Assembly: GCA_965112735.1 (NCBI GenBank)
Contig: OZ218954.1
Coordinates: 2,914,001-2,978,000, forward strand
Length of the DNA stretch: 64,000 nucleotides
Direction: 5' to 3'
Source of the DNA: Phaeosaccion multiseriatum
Taxonomy: Eukaryota; Protista; Ochrophyta, other classes
Shown in pieces: positions 25,178-35,655 of this stretch. The notes under the pieces were generated by a model. That model did no database searches and was not told the DNA's origin. It was given only the letters and a program-made list of their open reading frames with translations. The first letter of the stretch is position 1, and every line of letters starts with the position of its first letter. The position numbers and the translations under genes are program-made.

Positions 25178-26771
25178 TCTTCGCTCCCTCTCACTAAATG
25201 ACTTCCGATCACTGACTTACTCACTGACTTGCTCACGGCAATCAGGTATTCTCACAGTTTCGCATCGGAGTGTTCCTTGAAGAGCAGTGGGGGTCCGGGC
25301 TGTGGCTCTACATCTACTGGGCAGGAGGAGTGGGGGCTAACTTCGTGTCCATGGTGCTCTCACCGGACAAGGTCGGAGTGGGGGCGTCGGGTGCCATCTA
25401 CTCCGTGATGGGAGGCTGGCTGAGCTGGATACTATGCACATGGCAAGTCAAGGATAGGGGGGTGGTGTGGTGGTGGGCAATACGATTCTTAAGTCAGGGG
25501 AGGAGGGGGGGGGGGGGGGGTTGGCTCTTCTTCAGCTGGCTTTGCGTTCTCACACCCAACGCATCCCTCCCTATCTCTCCGTCCCTCCCTCTCTCCTTCC
25601 CTCCCTCCCTCCCTCCCTCCCTCTCTCCTTCCCTCCCTCCCTCCCTCCCTCCCTCCCTCCCTCCCTCCCTCCCTCCCTCCCTCCCTCCCTCCCTCCCTCC
25701 CTCCCTCCCTCCCTCCCTCCCTCCCTCCCTCCCTCCCTCCCTCCCTCCCTCCCTCCCTCCCTCCCTCCCTCCCTCCCTCCCTCCCTCCCTCCCTCCCTCC
25801 CTCCCTCCCTCCCTCCCTCCCTCCCTCCCTCCCTCCCTCCCTCCCTCCCTCCCTCCCTCCCTCCCTCCCTCCCTCCCTCCCTCCCTCCCTCCCTCCCTCC
25901 CTCCCTCCCTCCCTTCCTCCCTGTCGCAGGGATGACGAAGGGATGAACAGCTCCAACAAAGTGGGCATGCTCCTTCAATGTGTGGGGTATTTGCTCTTCG
26001 GTTTTGTCATGTCTCTGGCACCGATGGTGGACGCAGGTGAGTGAGTGACTGAGGGAGGGAGGGAGTGGTGAGTGAGTGACTGAGTGACTGAGGGAGGGAG
26101 TGAGTGAGTGAGTGAGTGAGGGAGTGAGGGAGTGAGTGAGTGAATGACTGAGGGAGTGAGTGAGTGAGTGAGAGTGAGTGAGAGGGTGAGTGGGTGAGTG
26201 GGTGAGTGAGTGAGTGAGTGAGTGAGTGAGTCAATGAGTGAGTGAGTGAGTGAGTGAGTGGGTGAGTGATTGGGTGATTGGGTGAGCGAGTGGGTGAGTG
26301 AGTAGTAAATGAGTATGTATGTATCTCCCCCACCTGCCCCCAACTAGCCGCATCAATCCCATACACCTTCCTACATATATATAGAACTAATATTGTATAC
26401 ATTATATTTTATTGTACACGAAGACATTTTATTTATATAATAATAATATTATGTGTATGTACCCATATCCCCCCCCCCGCCACCCCACTTCACCCCACCC
26501 CACCCCACCCCACCCAGGAGCGCACGTGGCCGGCTTCGTCTTCGGGCTGCTGCTGGGATGGGGAGCCTTCTTCACCTTCCGAGGAGACACGCAAAACATG
26601 CTTCATGAGCCCCTTCGACTGCGCCTGAGCCGCAAGCAGGGCCACTTGTGCACGGGTCTGGGGTGGGTGCTGCTCGTAGCAGCCGCTGTGTACGCGTGTT
26701 TCTTCCTCACCTTGGACAGCTTAGACGACCCTTCTCTTCCTCCTCCTGCCTCTGCTGCTGCTGCCCCTTGA
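23328..26771 (+). CDS. Rhomboid family intramembrane serine protease, ~8 exons
   Basis: NPLLGPSVDTLLRMGAK, QWWRVITAVMLHGGFLHIFMN, VGASGAI (catalytic Ser), DAG|AHVAGFVFG (catalytic His). Junctions are in frame, including a GC-AG intron at 25443-25929. Confidence 0.93.
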
Positions 26772-27357
26772 GGAGAGCAAGGGGACTTAGTTAATTTTGA
26801 ATACTACAAGAGTCCACCTGGGTGGGCGTGTCTTGGCCCTGCCTCTTACGAACACATTGCCACCTTTAGAAGTCGGAAGTAAGTTAAATTTTCACCCTCC
26901 CTCTTCCCCTCCCACCTGGGGCGTTTCAGACTTGGCAGTCCTCTTGTCCTCTATTTCCTTCGTCTGATTGTTTGGCCTCTCCTTTGCCCACCAGTACGCC
27001 TGTTCTCTCCTCCTCCTGCATCGCCTCCAGCGCCGACCGACTGTCTTCGCCTCCCTCTTTGCTCATGACGCTCTCGGCCCATCGTCCACTCGCAGCCATC
27101 ATCTTGTCCGGCCATTGCAATGGGGGCGACGCTATAACTGTAGCCGGAACAGCAGCGGCACCAGAGAGGTTTGAAATCTGGGGAATATATTACTTTTAGT
27201 ACCTTACGTAAGTACGTCACGTAAGAGAACTGGGTGTCTGCCCTAGGCGGCGGCATAAAAATAGGCCGAGGGCCTACGGCCCTCGCTAGGCCGGGCAATT
27301 TTTCCAAATAGGCCTAGGCCGCTAGGCGTGCACGGGGCCGAAAAGCCCTCGGCGTCC

Positions 27358-27543
27358 CTCTTCCTTCCTTCCTTCCTTCCTTCCTTCCTTCCTTCCTTCC
27401 TTCCTTCCTTCCTTCCTTCCTTCCTTCCTTCCTTCCTTCCTTCCTTCCTTCCTTCCTTCCTTCCTTCCTTCCTTCCTTCCTTCCTTCCTTCCTTCCTTCC
27501 TTCCTTCCTTCCTTCCTTCCTTCCTTCCTTCCTTCCTTCCTTC
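27358..27543. repeat. (CCTT)n microsatellite, intergenic
   Basis: About 45 perfect CCTT units. Confidence 0.95.
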
Positions 27544-27656
27544 AGCAGAACCGATTAGCTGTCCGTACATATAGGTAAAGCACGAAAAAGGAGGCAGCGA
27601 CATGTTTTTGATTGGTTAAGAGCCCCTCTTCTCTTCGGCCCTGGAAGAGGTTATCA

Positions 27657-27893
27657 GATTATTGATTACGGCCGGCGCAGCCGGCCTGATTACTGATTAC
27701 TGCCGGCGCCAGCCGGCCTGATTACTGATTATGGCGCCAGCCGGGCCTGATTACTGATTATGGCCGGCGCCAGCCGGGTCTGATTACTGATTATGACCGG
27801 CGCCAGCCGGCCTGATTACTGATTATGACGGGCGCTAGCCGGCCTGATTACTGATTATTGGCGCCAGCCGGCCTGATTACTGATTATGGTCGG
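27657..27893. repeat. ~29-33-bp minisatellite (7-8 copies) with palindromic GC core
   Basis: Unit GATTACTGATTA(T/C)GGCCGGCGCCAGCCGGCCT with indel variants. Confidence 0.9.
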
Positions 27894-28045
27894 CGAATAC
27901 TGTAACTCTTCCAGGGCCGATTCTCTCCTTTCTCATCGCTTTCTCCTTTCATAATTATCACACTACTGTGCGTGCGTTCAGTGCGTGTAACGGCATCAAT
28001 TGTCAAAAAGGGGGTACAAAAAAATTCTTCATTTCCTTTCATCCT

Positions 28046-28084
<39 letters not shown>

Positions 28085-28135
28085 GCTTCCTTCCAGCCTT
28101 GCCTGCGGAGCTCGCAATCGCGCATCAGTAGTTGC

Positions 28136-29719
28136 ATGATGCAGGGTGCATTGACGCGGAGATCGGGCCTCATTTTGGGCGTGGGGCTTGTAATCATCAT
28201 CCTCCTCGTCACTGTATCCCATGTGCTGGAGCTTCGAGAGATCGAGGTCGTTGTCGTTGCTACCTCGGCTCGCGGCAACATCCCAGCGTCAAGTGTGAGT
28301 GAGAAGATACCTCAGCCAGCAGCAGAATTAGAACTGGCAGTAGCAGCAGGGGACAAGAAGAGAAAAACCGGCAACCTGCCGAAGACGGAGAATGGTCAAC
28401 TCTCGTTGGACTTTGCCGCCTCCGAAATGTCTCCTTCACTTGAAACTCTGTTGACGGCAGCACTTCATGTGCAGGATCTTCCTGTGTGGGACGAGGAGTT
28501 GGACTGGGCCGTGGAGGCGGAACGCTGCGAACGATACAATTGGCAACTTGGCACGGATCATCGGACCACGCGACGACGGGTCTTTTGGGGCAGCCTCGTC
28601 AATGACGACTCGTGGCACATCATGGCAATGCATGCCATGGAAGCATATGGTATTTTCGACACGGCGGCGCTTGTGGAAAGCAATACGAGCTTCCTCGGGC
28701 ACCCACGTGACCTTCGATTTGGGCCGGACTCGACGGAACTGAAGACTTTGCAAAGCGGCATGTGGGGGCCGACCACACGCATTTCAGTCGATATTTATGT
28801 CGATCCACCTGCCCAGCCAGGCCAGCCCAAGAAGGTAGTTGGTGCGCACAATCAACAAAATGACCAACGAGCATGGATTGAAAAGCGATGGAAGGAGAAT
28901 GGCATGACACCGGAAGACGTTGGTTATTTGGGCGATTTCGATGAAGTGGTGACTCGGGACATGCTGCGTGCACTCCAAATTTGCGACGTTCCCCAGTTTC
29001 GTCCCGGTCAAAGCTGCAAGGACGCAAAACTGCACGCCTTGACCTTGATCATTGAATCCAGCCCCATGTGTGTCATGGAGGGGCGACGATGGTATCATCC
29101 CGACGTTATCATCGGAGAATGCATTGATGGGATTGGTGACGAGAGAGAGCATGCCCCGCAGACACGCGTGCCTGGGTTTTGGGGCGATGCGCGCGAAAAA
29201 GATTGGGGCAAGGAGAAGAATCGCACGGGTGGGTGGCCGCTGTGGACTGCTCAAGACTTCCGCATGACAGGAAGCCAGCCCGCTCACCCACTGAAGGGAC
29301 GTGACGGTTTGTACGGCGCCTTCCATCTCCACAACTACTTTAGCACCATCCAAGTCATGCGCAACAAATACTTGACGTACGGCCAACACGTGCAGGGGGC
29401 CATGGAGAAACCACTGGGGTTAATTCATGTCGATGACCTTGACTTTATGGTGGACTGTGTGATGGATCGGCCCGAAGAAAGAAATCGATACAAGCGCGTG
29501 AATGGTGGCTACTTGCACTTCAGCAAGAGCGATGGGGTGAGTATGATTCCCGTGGCCTTTCAGCGCGTACCGCACTACCCGAAAATGCGCCACGCTGAGC
29601 TCCGGCAGATGATCATCGAGGATGAGAAGCTCCACCCCACCAACCAGCGCCTCATACACCCACCCAAGCCGTCAGACAACGCAAGAAGCATCAGCAGAGC
29701 TGCAAGGAATAGTAAGTGA
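28136..29719 (+). CDS. Intronless GT17-like (MGAT3/GnT-III-like) type II membrane glycosyltransferase
   Basis: Single long ORF; N-terminal TM anchor GLILGVGLVIIILLVTV; FDTAALVESNTSFLGHPRDLRF and DVGYLGDFDEV match the GT17 VESNxTFxGxPK and DxDE motifs; AFHLHNYF near the C-terminus. Confidence 0.7.
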   Translation: MMQGALTRRSGLILGVGLVIIILLVTVSHVLELREIEVVVVATSARGNIPASSVSEKIPQPAAELELAVAAGDKKRKTGNLPKTENGQLSLDFAASEMSPSLETLLTAALHVQDLPVWDEELDWAVEAERCERYNWQLGTDHRTTRRRVFWGSLVNDDSWHIMAMHAMEAYGIFDTAALVESNTSFLGHPRDLRFGPDSTELKTLQSGMWGPTTRISVDIYVDPPAQPGQPKKVVGAHNQQNDQRAWIEKRWKENGMTPEDVGYLGDFDEVVTRDMLRALQICDVPQFRPGQSCKDAKLHALTLIIESSPMCVMEGRRWYHPDVIIGECIDGIGDEREHAPQTRVPGFWGDAREKDWGKEKNRTGGWPLWTAQDFRMTGSQPAHPLKGRDGLYGAFHLHNYFSTIQVMRNKYLTYGQHVQGAMEKPLGLIHVDDLDFMVDCVMDRPEERNRYKRVNGGYLHFSKSDGVSMIPVAFQRVPHYPKMRHAELRQMIIEDEKLHPTNQRLIHPPKPSDNARSISRAARNSK

Positions 29720-30116
29720 TGGTGTCTCATTTTCCGTCGTTATTGCTGTCGTCACCTTTTGGCACCTCGCTTCTGGTTCCATGTTTTGGTCTGCATACAA
29801 GAAGTAAACGTGTTTCGCATGCCGCGAGCTACACGCTGCGCCTTCTTGGGTAGGCATTACGATAGTGCGTCTTTGACCGAGCAGCAGGCAATGGGCAATG
29901 GCCCATCGTCACTCGAGAATCCAATCGGCCACACTACGTGTCTTACGTAGTGCTCGGTCTGCACCCCTCCACGGACAGTGTGTATACTACGATGTAAAAA
30001 AATATCGAGGGTTAAAATATTTATTTATTTATTAAAATCAATCCAGCGCAAAAGGTGACTATTAGTTGTCGAGCGAGAGCTTGGGCAGATCAGTACCACC
30101 GACCGCCGTGTGGTGC

Positions 30117-31861
30117 TCAGTAGGCAGGGAACAGTTCTGTAGACACACTTGGGCTTGGGCCCCCAATTCTCACCCCTCCCAATTGCGATGACGAAAGACT
30201 TTCCATGTCCTGCTCCACGCCTCCTTGTTGGTGGGCCTGTTCGTAATACGCACCACCCGCGGGCGTCGCCAGCACAGCCGCCGCCGCTGCCTCGAAGCTC
30301 TCGAGGCTGAGGAGGTGGTGGTCCTTTCCATCCACTGCCATCCCCATCCCTCCCTCTCCATCCACTGCCATCCCCCCCTTCCCTCCTCCCCCGCCGTGTA
30401 CCGCAGCAGCCAGCCTGTCTTGACTCTGGCTTGCTAAGACCAATGACGGGCCGCCGCCACCGCCCCTCTCACCCATGCCATGACCCAATAACCCCTGACC
30501 CAAGCTCTGCCACTGCATGCCTTCAAAATTCGGCATGATACCTTCTGTTTCTGCCTCTGGTGCCTCTGCCTCTATCTCTGCCTTTGCCTTTGCCTCTGCT
30601 TCTGCCTCTGCTTCTGTCACCCCACACACCACGGCAACCGCTGCCCCACCCCGCTGGGCCTGAGAGTAACCGTCAGTGTAACTGTCGATTGTCGTCGGCT
30701 CAAAAAGATGAGGGTGCGTCTCCCCAGCCGTCATCCTGTGTGCAAGAGTGGGGGAATGGCCTTCTCCTCCTCCTCCTCCTCCTCCTCCTCCTCCTCCTCC
30801 TCCTCCTCCTCCTCCTCCTCCTCCTCCTCCTCCTCCTCCTCCTCCTCCTCCTCCTCCTCCTCCTCCTCCTTCTCCTCCTCCTCCTCCTCCTCCTCCTCCT
30901 CCTCCTCCTCCTCCTCCTCCTCCTCCTCCTCCTCCTCCTCCTCCTCCTCCTCCTCCTCCTCCTCCTCCTCCTCCTCCTCCTCCTCCTCCTCCTCCTCCTC
31001 CTCCTCCTCCTCCTCCTCCTCCTCCTCCTCCTCCTCCTCCTCCTCCTCCTCCTCCTCCCCCTCCTCCTCCTTCTCCTCCTTCTCCTCCTCCTACGTCTCC
31101 TAGCCCCCCTCCTCCTCCTCCCCCTGTTTCTCGCTGCCGTCCTGGTTCTCTATCGCCCAGAAACTGAAACTCATTTTTCGTGTAGTGCTCCTCCTCGGGA
31201 CTCATCGTCGTGCCCCCGATGCCTCTTCCTCTCGGCCTATCCTCATCACGACTGGGGGCAAAGTCCCAGTCAAAGTCCTGTGCGTGTTGTAATCCACCCT
31301 CTCCGACGACGGTGGCCCCGTCGCCATCTGCGTCGAAGAACAGCGTCCCACCGGGGACATTCCCGTCCATCGCGCCATCTCCTCCTCCTCCTCCTCCTCC
31401 TCCTCCTCCTCCTCCTCCTCCTCCTCCTCCTCCTCCTCCTCCTCCTCCTCCTCCTCCTCCTCCTCCTCCTCCTCCTCCTCCTCCTCCTCCTAATCCCACC
31501 ACGCTGCCCCCGTCGTCCCCCACCCCCAAGGGATGATGAGGACGTTGGCTCTGCTCCTGCCCATATGCCTGCTGCTGCTCGGATTGAGGGCCATCCTCTC
31601 CGGGCCCTCGCTCCTCCCCTGCTCCTCCTCCTTCTCCTCCTCCTCCTCCTCCTCCTCCTCCTCCTCCTCCTCCTCCTCCTCCTCCTCCTCCTCCTCCTCC
31701 TCCTCCTCCTCCTCCTCCTCCTCCTCCTCCTCCTCCTCCTCCTCCTCCTCCTCCTCCTCCTCCTCCTACTCCTACTCCTCCTCCTGCCCCCCCTCCCACT
31801 CCTCCCTCTCCAGCTGCTACTCCTCCTCCTCCTCCTCCTCCTCCTCCTCCTCCTCCTCCTC

Positions 31862-31895
<34 letters not shown>

Positions 31896-34687
31896 CCCGC
31901 CGGCTTCCGAGCCGGGTGGTGGTGCTTCCCCTCCCGCCGCCCCGCCGCCACCCCTCGCTCTCGGCGGCAGCCCTCCCTCCATGTGTTCGTACTCGTCCTC
32001 CAGGCTGCGCATGTGGAGGTATTCCTCCGACCCTAGCTCGTGCAGAACTACCTCTCCGTTAAAGGTTTCTGTGGCCTGTATGTACATATGGGTACGTATG
32101 TTTACATAGTATGACATAGGGGGAGGGGCGGACGATCAGGAGGATGGACGGGGATGTAGGAGGGAGGGAGGAGGAGGAGGAGGAGGAGGAGGAGGAGGAG
32201 GAGGAGGAGAAGGAGGAGGAGGAGGAGGAGGAGGAGGAGGAGGAGGAGGAGGAGGAGGAGGAGGAGGAGGAGAAGTGAGTACTCGACCCTCAACTCAGCG
32301 ACTCAATCAGCCAGTCACAGGAGCTCACCTAACCTCTCCCATCCCCGTCCAGAGCAAGTACGCTCGTCTCTTCCTTCCTTCCTTCCTTCCTTCCTTCCTT
32401 CCTTCCTTCCTTCCTTCCTTCCTTCCTTCCTTCCTTCCTTCCTTCCTTCCTTCCTTCCTTCCTTCCTTCCTTCCTTCCTTCCTTCCTTCCTTCCTTCCTT
32501 CCTTCCTTCCTTCCTTCCTTCCTTCCTCTCTTCTTTCCTTCCTTCCCTCCTTCCTCCCTTCCTTGCTTTCTTCCTTCCATCCTTCCTGTCTCTCCATCCC
32601 TCTCCCCCCCCATGGAGTGTAATTCACTGCACCCATTGCCTTTCTTTCTCTCCCTCCCCTCCCCTCCCATAGCATGCAATTCCCTCCCCTCTCTCCCCCT
32701 CACCTCAAAGTGAGTGAGTTCCTTATGTCCAAACTCCCCCGTGGCGTTGCACTCCACGTGCACCACCTCCGTTTGGCTCTTCTCCGTCTCCGTCAGTTCT
32801 TGTGTCGCTCCGGTCGGATCCATCGTGGTGTAGTGAACGATACGTTCATGAATGACCTGGGATGGGTCCAAGAAGGAGGAGGAAAAGGAGAAGGGTTACG
32901 ATGGCACCACATAGAGTGGAGGAGGTGTTGGGGAGGGGAGAGGAGGCAATGAGGAACGGATAATAGGAAAAGACGCAGTCGTTTGCGCAAGAGGAGGTCC
33001 CGTCCCGACAGCGGAAGAAGGCATTTCGCGGTCAAAAGACCAGTGACAGGCCCTCTCGAAAGAAGTGGGCGCCGCATCCCTCTCCTTCTCCCTCTCCCTC
33101 TCCCTCTCCCTCTCCCTCTCCCTCTCCCTCTCCCTCTCCCTCTCCCTCTCTCTCTCTCTCCCTCTCCCTCTCTCTCTCCCTCTCCCACTCTCTTCTTCCT
33201 TCTCCGTCCCTCTCTCTTTGCCTTTTTTACTCACCGTTTCTCGCTTTCTCCACACCGGAGCCTTGGGCAGCCTTTTACGGTGCGCGTCTTTGCTGTTGAG
33301 CGCCAACGTCGTGCCTTTGTGAAGCACCAGTGTTCGACAGTCTTCGTCTCTGTCGTGCCCATTCTTTCTGCCTTCATCCTTCTCCTCCTTCTCCTCCTCC
33401 TTTTCCTCCTCCTCCACCTCTTCGTCTTCCTCTGGGTGGGTCACTTGCGCCGCTGGCTGGTGATGATGGTGATCCTCCTCAAGGGGAGGCTCGGGGGACT
33501 CACATCTGCTGTCTCCCGCCTCCTTACGTGATTGATTTTGGTTCCGTTCCTCCCCCTCCTTCTCCTCCCCCTCCTCCTCCTTCTCCTCCTCCTCCTCCTC
33601 TTCTTCCTCCTCCTGCTCCTCCTCCTCCTCCTTCGCCGCCGCCGCCGCCTCCTCCATCTCCTGCTCCTCTTCCTTCTCCTCCATCTCCTGCTCCTCTTCC
33701 TTCTCCTCCATCTCCTGCTCCTCTTCCTTCTCCTCCCCTTCCTTCTCCTCCGCCTTCTCCTCCTCCCTCCCTCGCTTAGGGCTGACTGGTGGTCGAATGC
33801 CCTGCTCGTTCTTTGACTCATCGTTGGCGCCCCTCCGATGCACGGCTATGGGGGAGAGGGGCGGGGTGTTTGCTGATCTAACAGTGGAAGAGCTACATCT
33901 GACCAGCTTGGGGCGCCCCTTCAAGAGTTGGGAAACGCTCGTATCTTCGCCGCTCTTTGGCTCTCCCTGACCTTGCTCTACCCCGTCTATCTCCACCTCC
34001 CCGCTGCGAGGCTCATCAAGACTGCTCTTTCCACCCTCGGGCTCGCAGTTCTTGCAGCCTTCATCACCCCTACTCTGCCGCGTCTCGTCTACTACTACTC
34101 TCTTGGCGATTGCCTGCTGTGCTGGTGAGACCGCAGCCTCTTGCCCCCCCCCTTCTCCTCCCGAGGGTGGCTTGCCCTTCTCTAGAAACTCAAGGAAGGC
34201 GTAAAACCCCACCATGCCCATGGCCCCACCGAGGAAGCGATCCAGCAGACCCTCGATGTGTGGTGTCTCCTGGAGGTTCAGAGCCGCTCGGATGTCCTCC
34301 TTCATGAGGTAGCCCTCTCCCTGACGGGCAGATTCGGAAGAAAGCAAAGCGGTCGACGATAAGGCAGGTGTGAGGAGCAAGATTCAAGGAGGGAGGGAGT
34401 GGCTGAGGCATCCACCATAGGAACGCTGTTGGATACGATGTCGCAGCCGTGAGTTGGATACTCACATCTTGATTGACCCTCCTGTACTTTAGAAAGTGCT
34501 CACACATCGTGCACTCTCCCTTCCTCGTGTTGTATGCCCTGAGAGAAGGGAAAGACGGAAGAGACGGCAATGAGAAGGGCGAAGGGAAAAGGAACGAAAC
34601 GCGCTGAGGCTGGGCTTACCGTATGATCAGCAAGGACCGAAGCTTCTGTGGGCTCGACATCCCCCCGGACGACGCCCCAGCCCCCAT
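30117..34687 (-). CDS. Uncharacterised protein: N-myristoylation motif, degenerate EF-hand-like pair, acidic linker, beta-rich domain and very long poly-Gly tracts; 5 exons
   Basis: ATG at 34687 gives MGAGASSGG. In-frame junctions IIR|AYNTRK...YRR|GEGYLMKEDIRAAL...VGFYAFLEFLE...WRKRET|VIHERIVHYTT...THFE|ATETFNGEV. The last exon is the ORF ending at 30117. Confidence 0.7.
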
Positions 34688-34865
34688 CGTGTACACTTTC
34701 GTGAAGTATGGGCAGAGCGCAAAGCATATTGACGGTTACACCCTCCCAAGGTGCGGCTTCACTGACTTAATTCCACCCCCCCCCATCCCCGATCCTCGAT
34801 CCCCCCCCCAAGTCCCCAGCCTCGGCGTGCAGTCGCGTGCAGGTGGACGAAAAGCTTTCAACAGC

Positions 34866-35655
34866 ATGTTGCAGGGTGAGGCCAAGGCTTTGCATACGGC
34901 AAAGAGAAGCTCTGGAGTCTCCGTCTCAGAGGACATAGTAGCCGCATGGATGAAGGTGCGAGGAGAAGACGCCCTGGAGCAGCTGAACACATGGCTCGTG
35001 GCCACGTACGCCGAGGGAAGCAAGACGGACATAGTGCTGAAAACCACCGGCCACGGGGTGCTCGCGCTGGTTGAGGCCCTGGGGGGAGAGGAGGACATCT
35101 CCTTTGGCGGGCTACGGGTGAAGATCGATGGGCAGGTACGACTATCGCTGCTGGACCTGTTGCACTGAGCAGTGGGGGAGGCAGGAAGGAGTCTTAGGCA
35201 GAGGCTGCACGACTGCTGTTGTATTGACGTGGGCCAATCGAATTCGCCACCTCGTTGTTGTCGTGCAGGAGAGATTTGTTCGGTTCGCGTACATTGGCGA
35301 GAACGTTGGGGGTATGAAGAAGGGCAAGGCGGCTCTACATAAACAGGTTAGTGGAAGTGAGCCACCCCCGCCCCCCGCGCCTTTCGCTCTCAGACCCCGC
35401 CGGTCAAGTAGCCACTGGGGAGTAACGTGTGGGGGAGAAATCCGCAATGCCCTCCCTCACAGTGCACGCTCCCTCTCTTCGTTTAGTGCTGTCTATCTTA
35501 TCTCCCTCTCCCCCCCGATACCAATGCAAAAGGGCGTATGGAACGCGCTCGAAGGGGCTGTAGCAGACGTGAGCTTGGAGGCCCCGGTGGGCGAGGCATC
35601 CATAGCAACTGCTATTCAGGACGCCGCTCGCGCCTCAGAGGTGGCCTTTCTCTAA
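34866..35655 (+). CDS. Coactosin-like ADF-H actin-binding protein; join(34866..35135,35269..35346,35533..35655)
   Basis: AAWMKVR...NTWLVATY...TGHG...ISFGGLRV|ERFVRFAYIGENVGGMKKGKAALHK|GVWNAL matches the coactosin-type ADF-H pattern. Confidence 0.85.

Noticed and set aside
27657-27893. Palindromic ~31-bp repeats as CRISPR repeats
   Set aside because: No spacers between units; eukaryotic context.
30560-32062. 500-aa poly-Leu plus-strand ORF
   Set aside because: Antisense/alternate frame of the (GGA)n tracts of the minus-strand gene.
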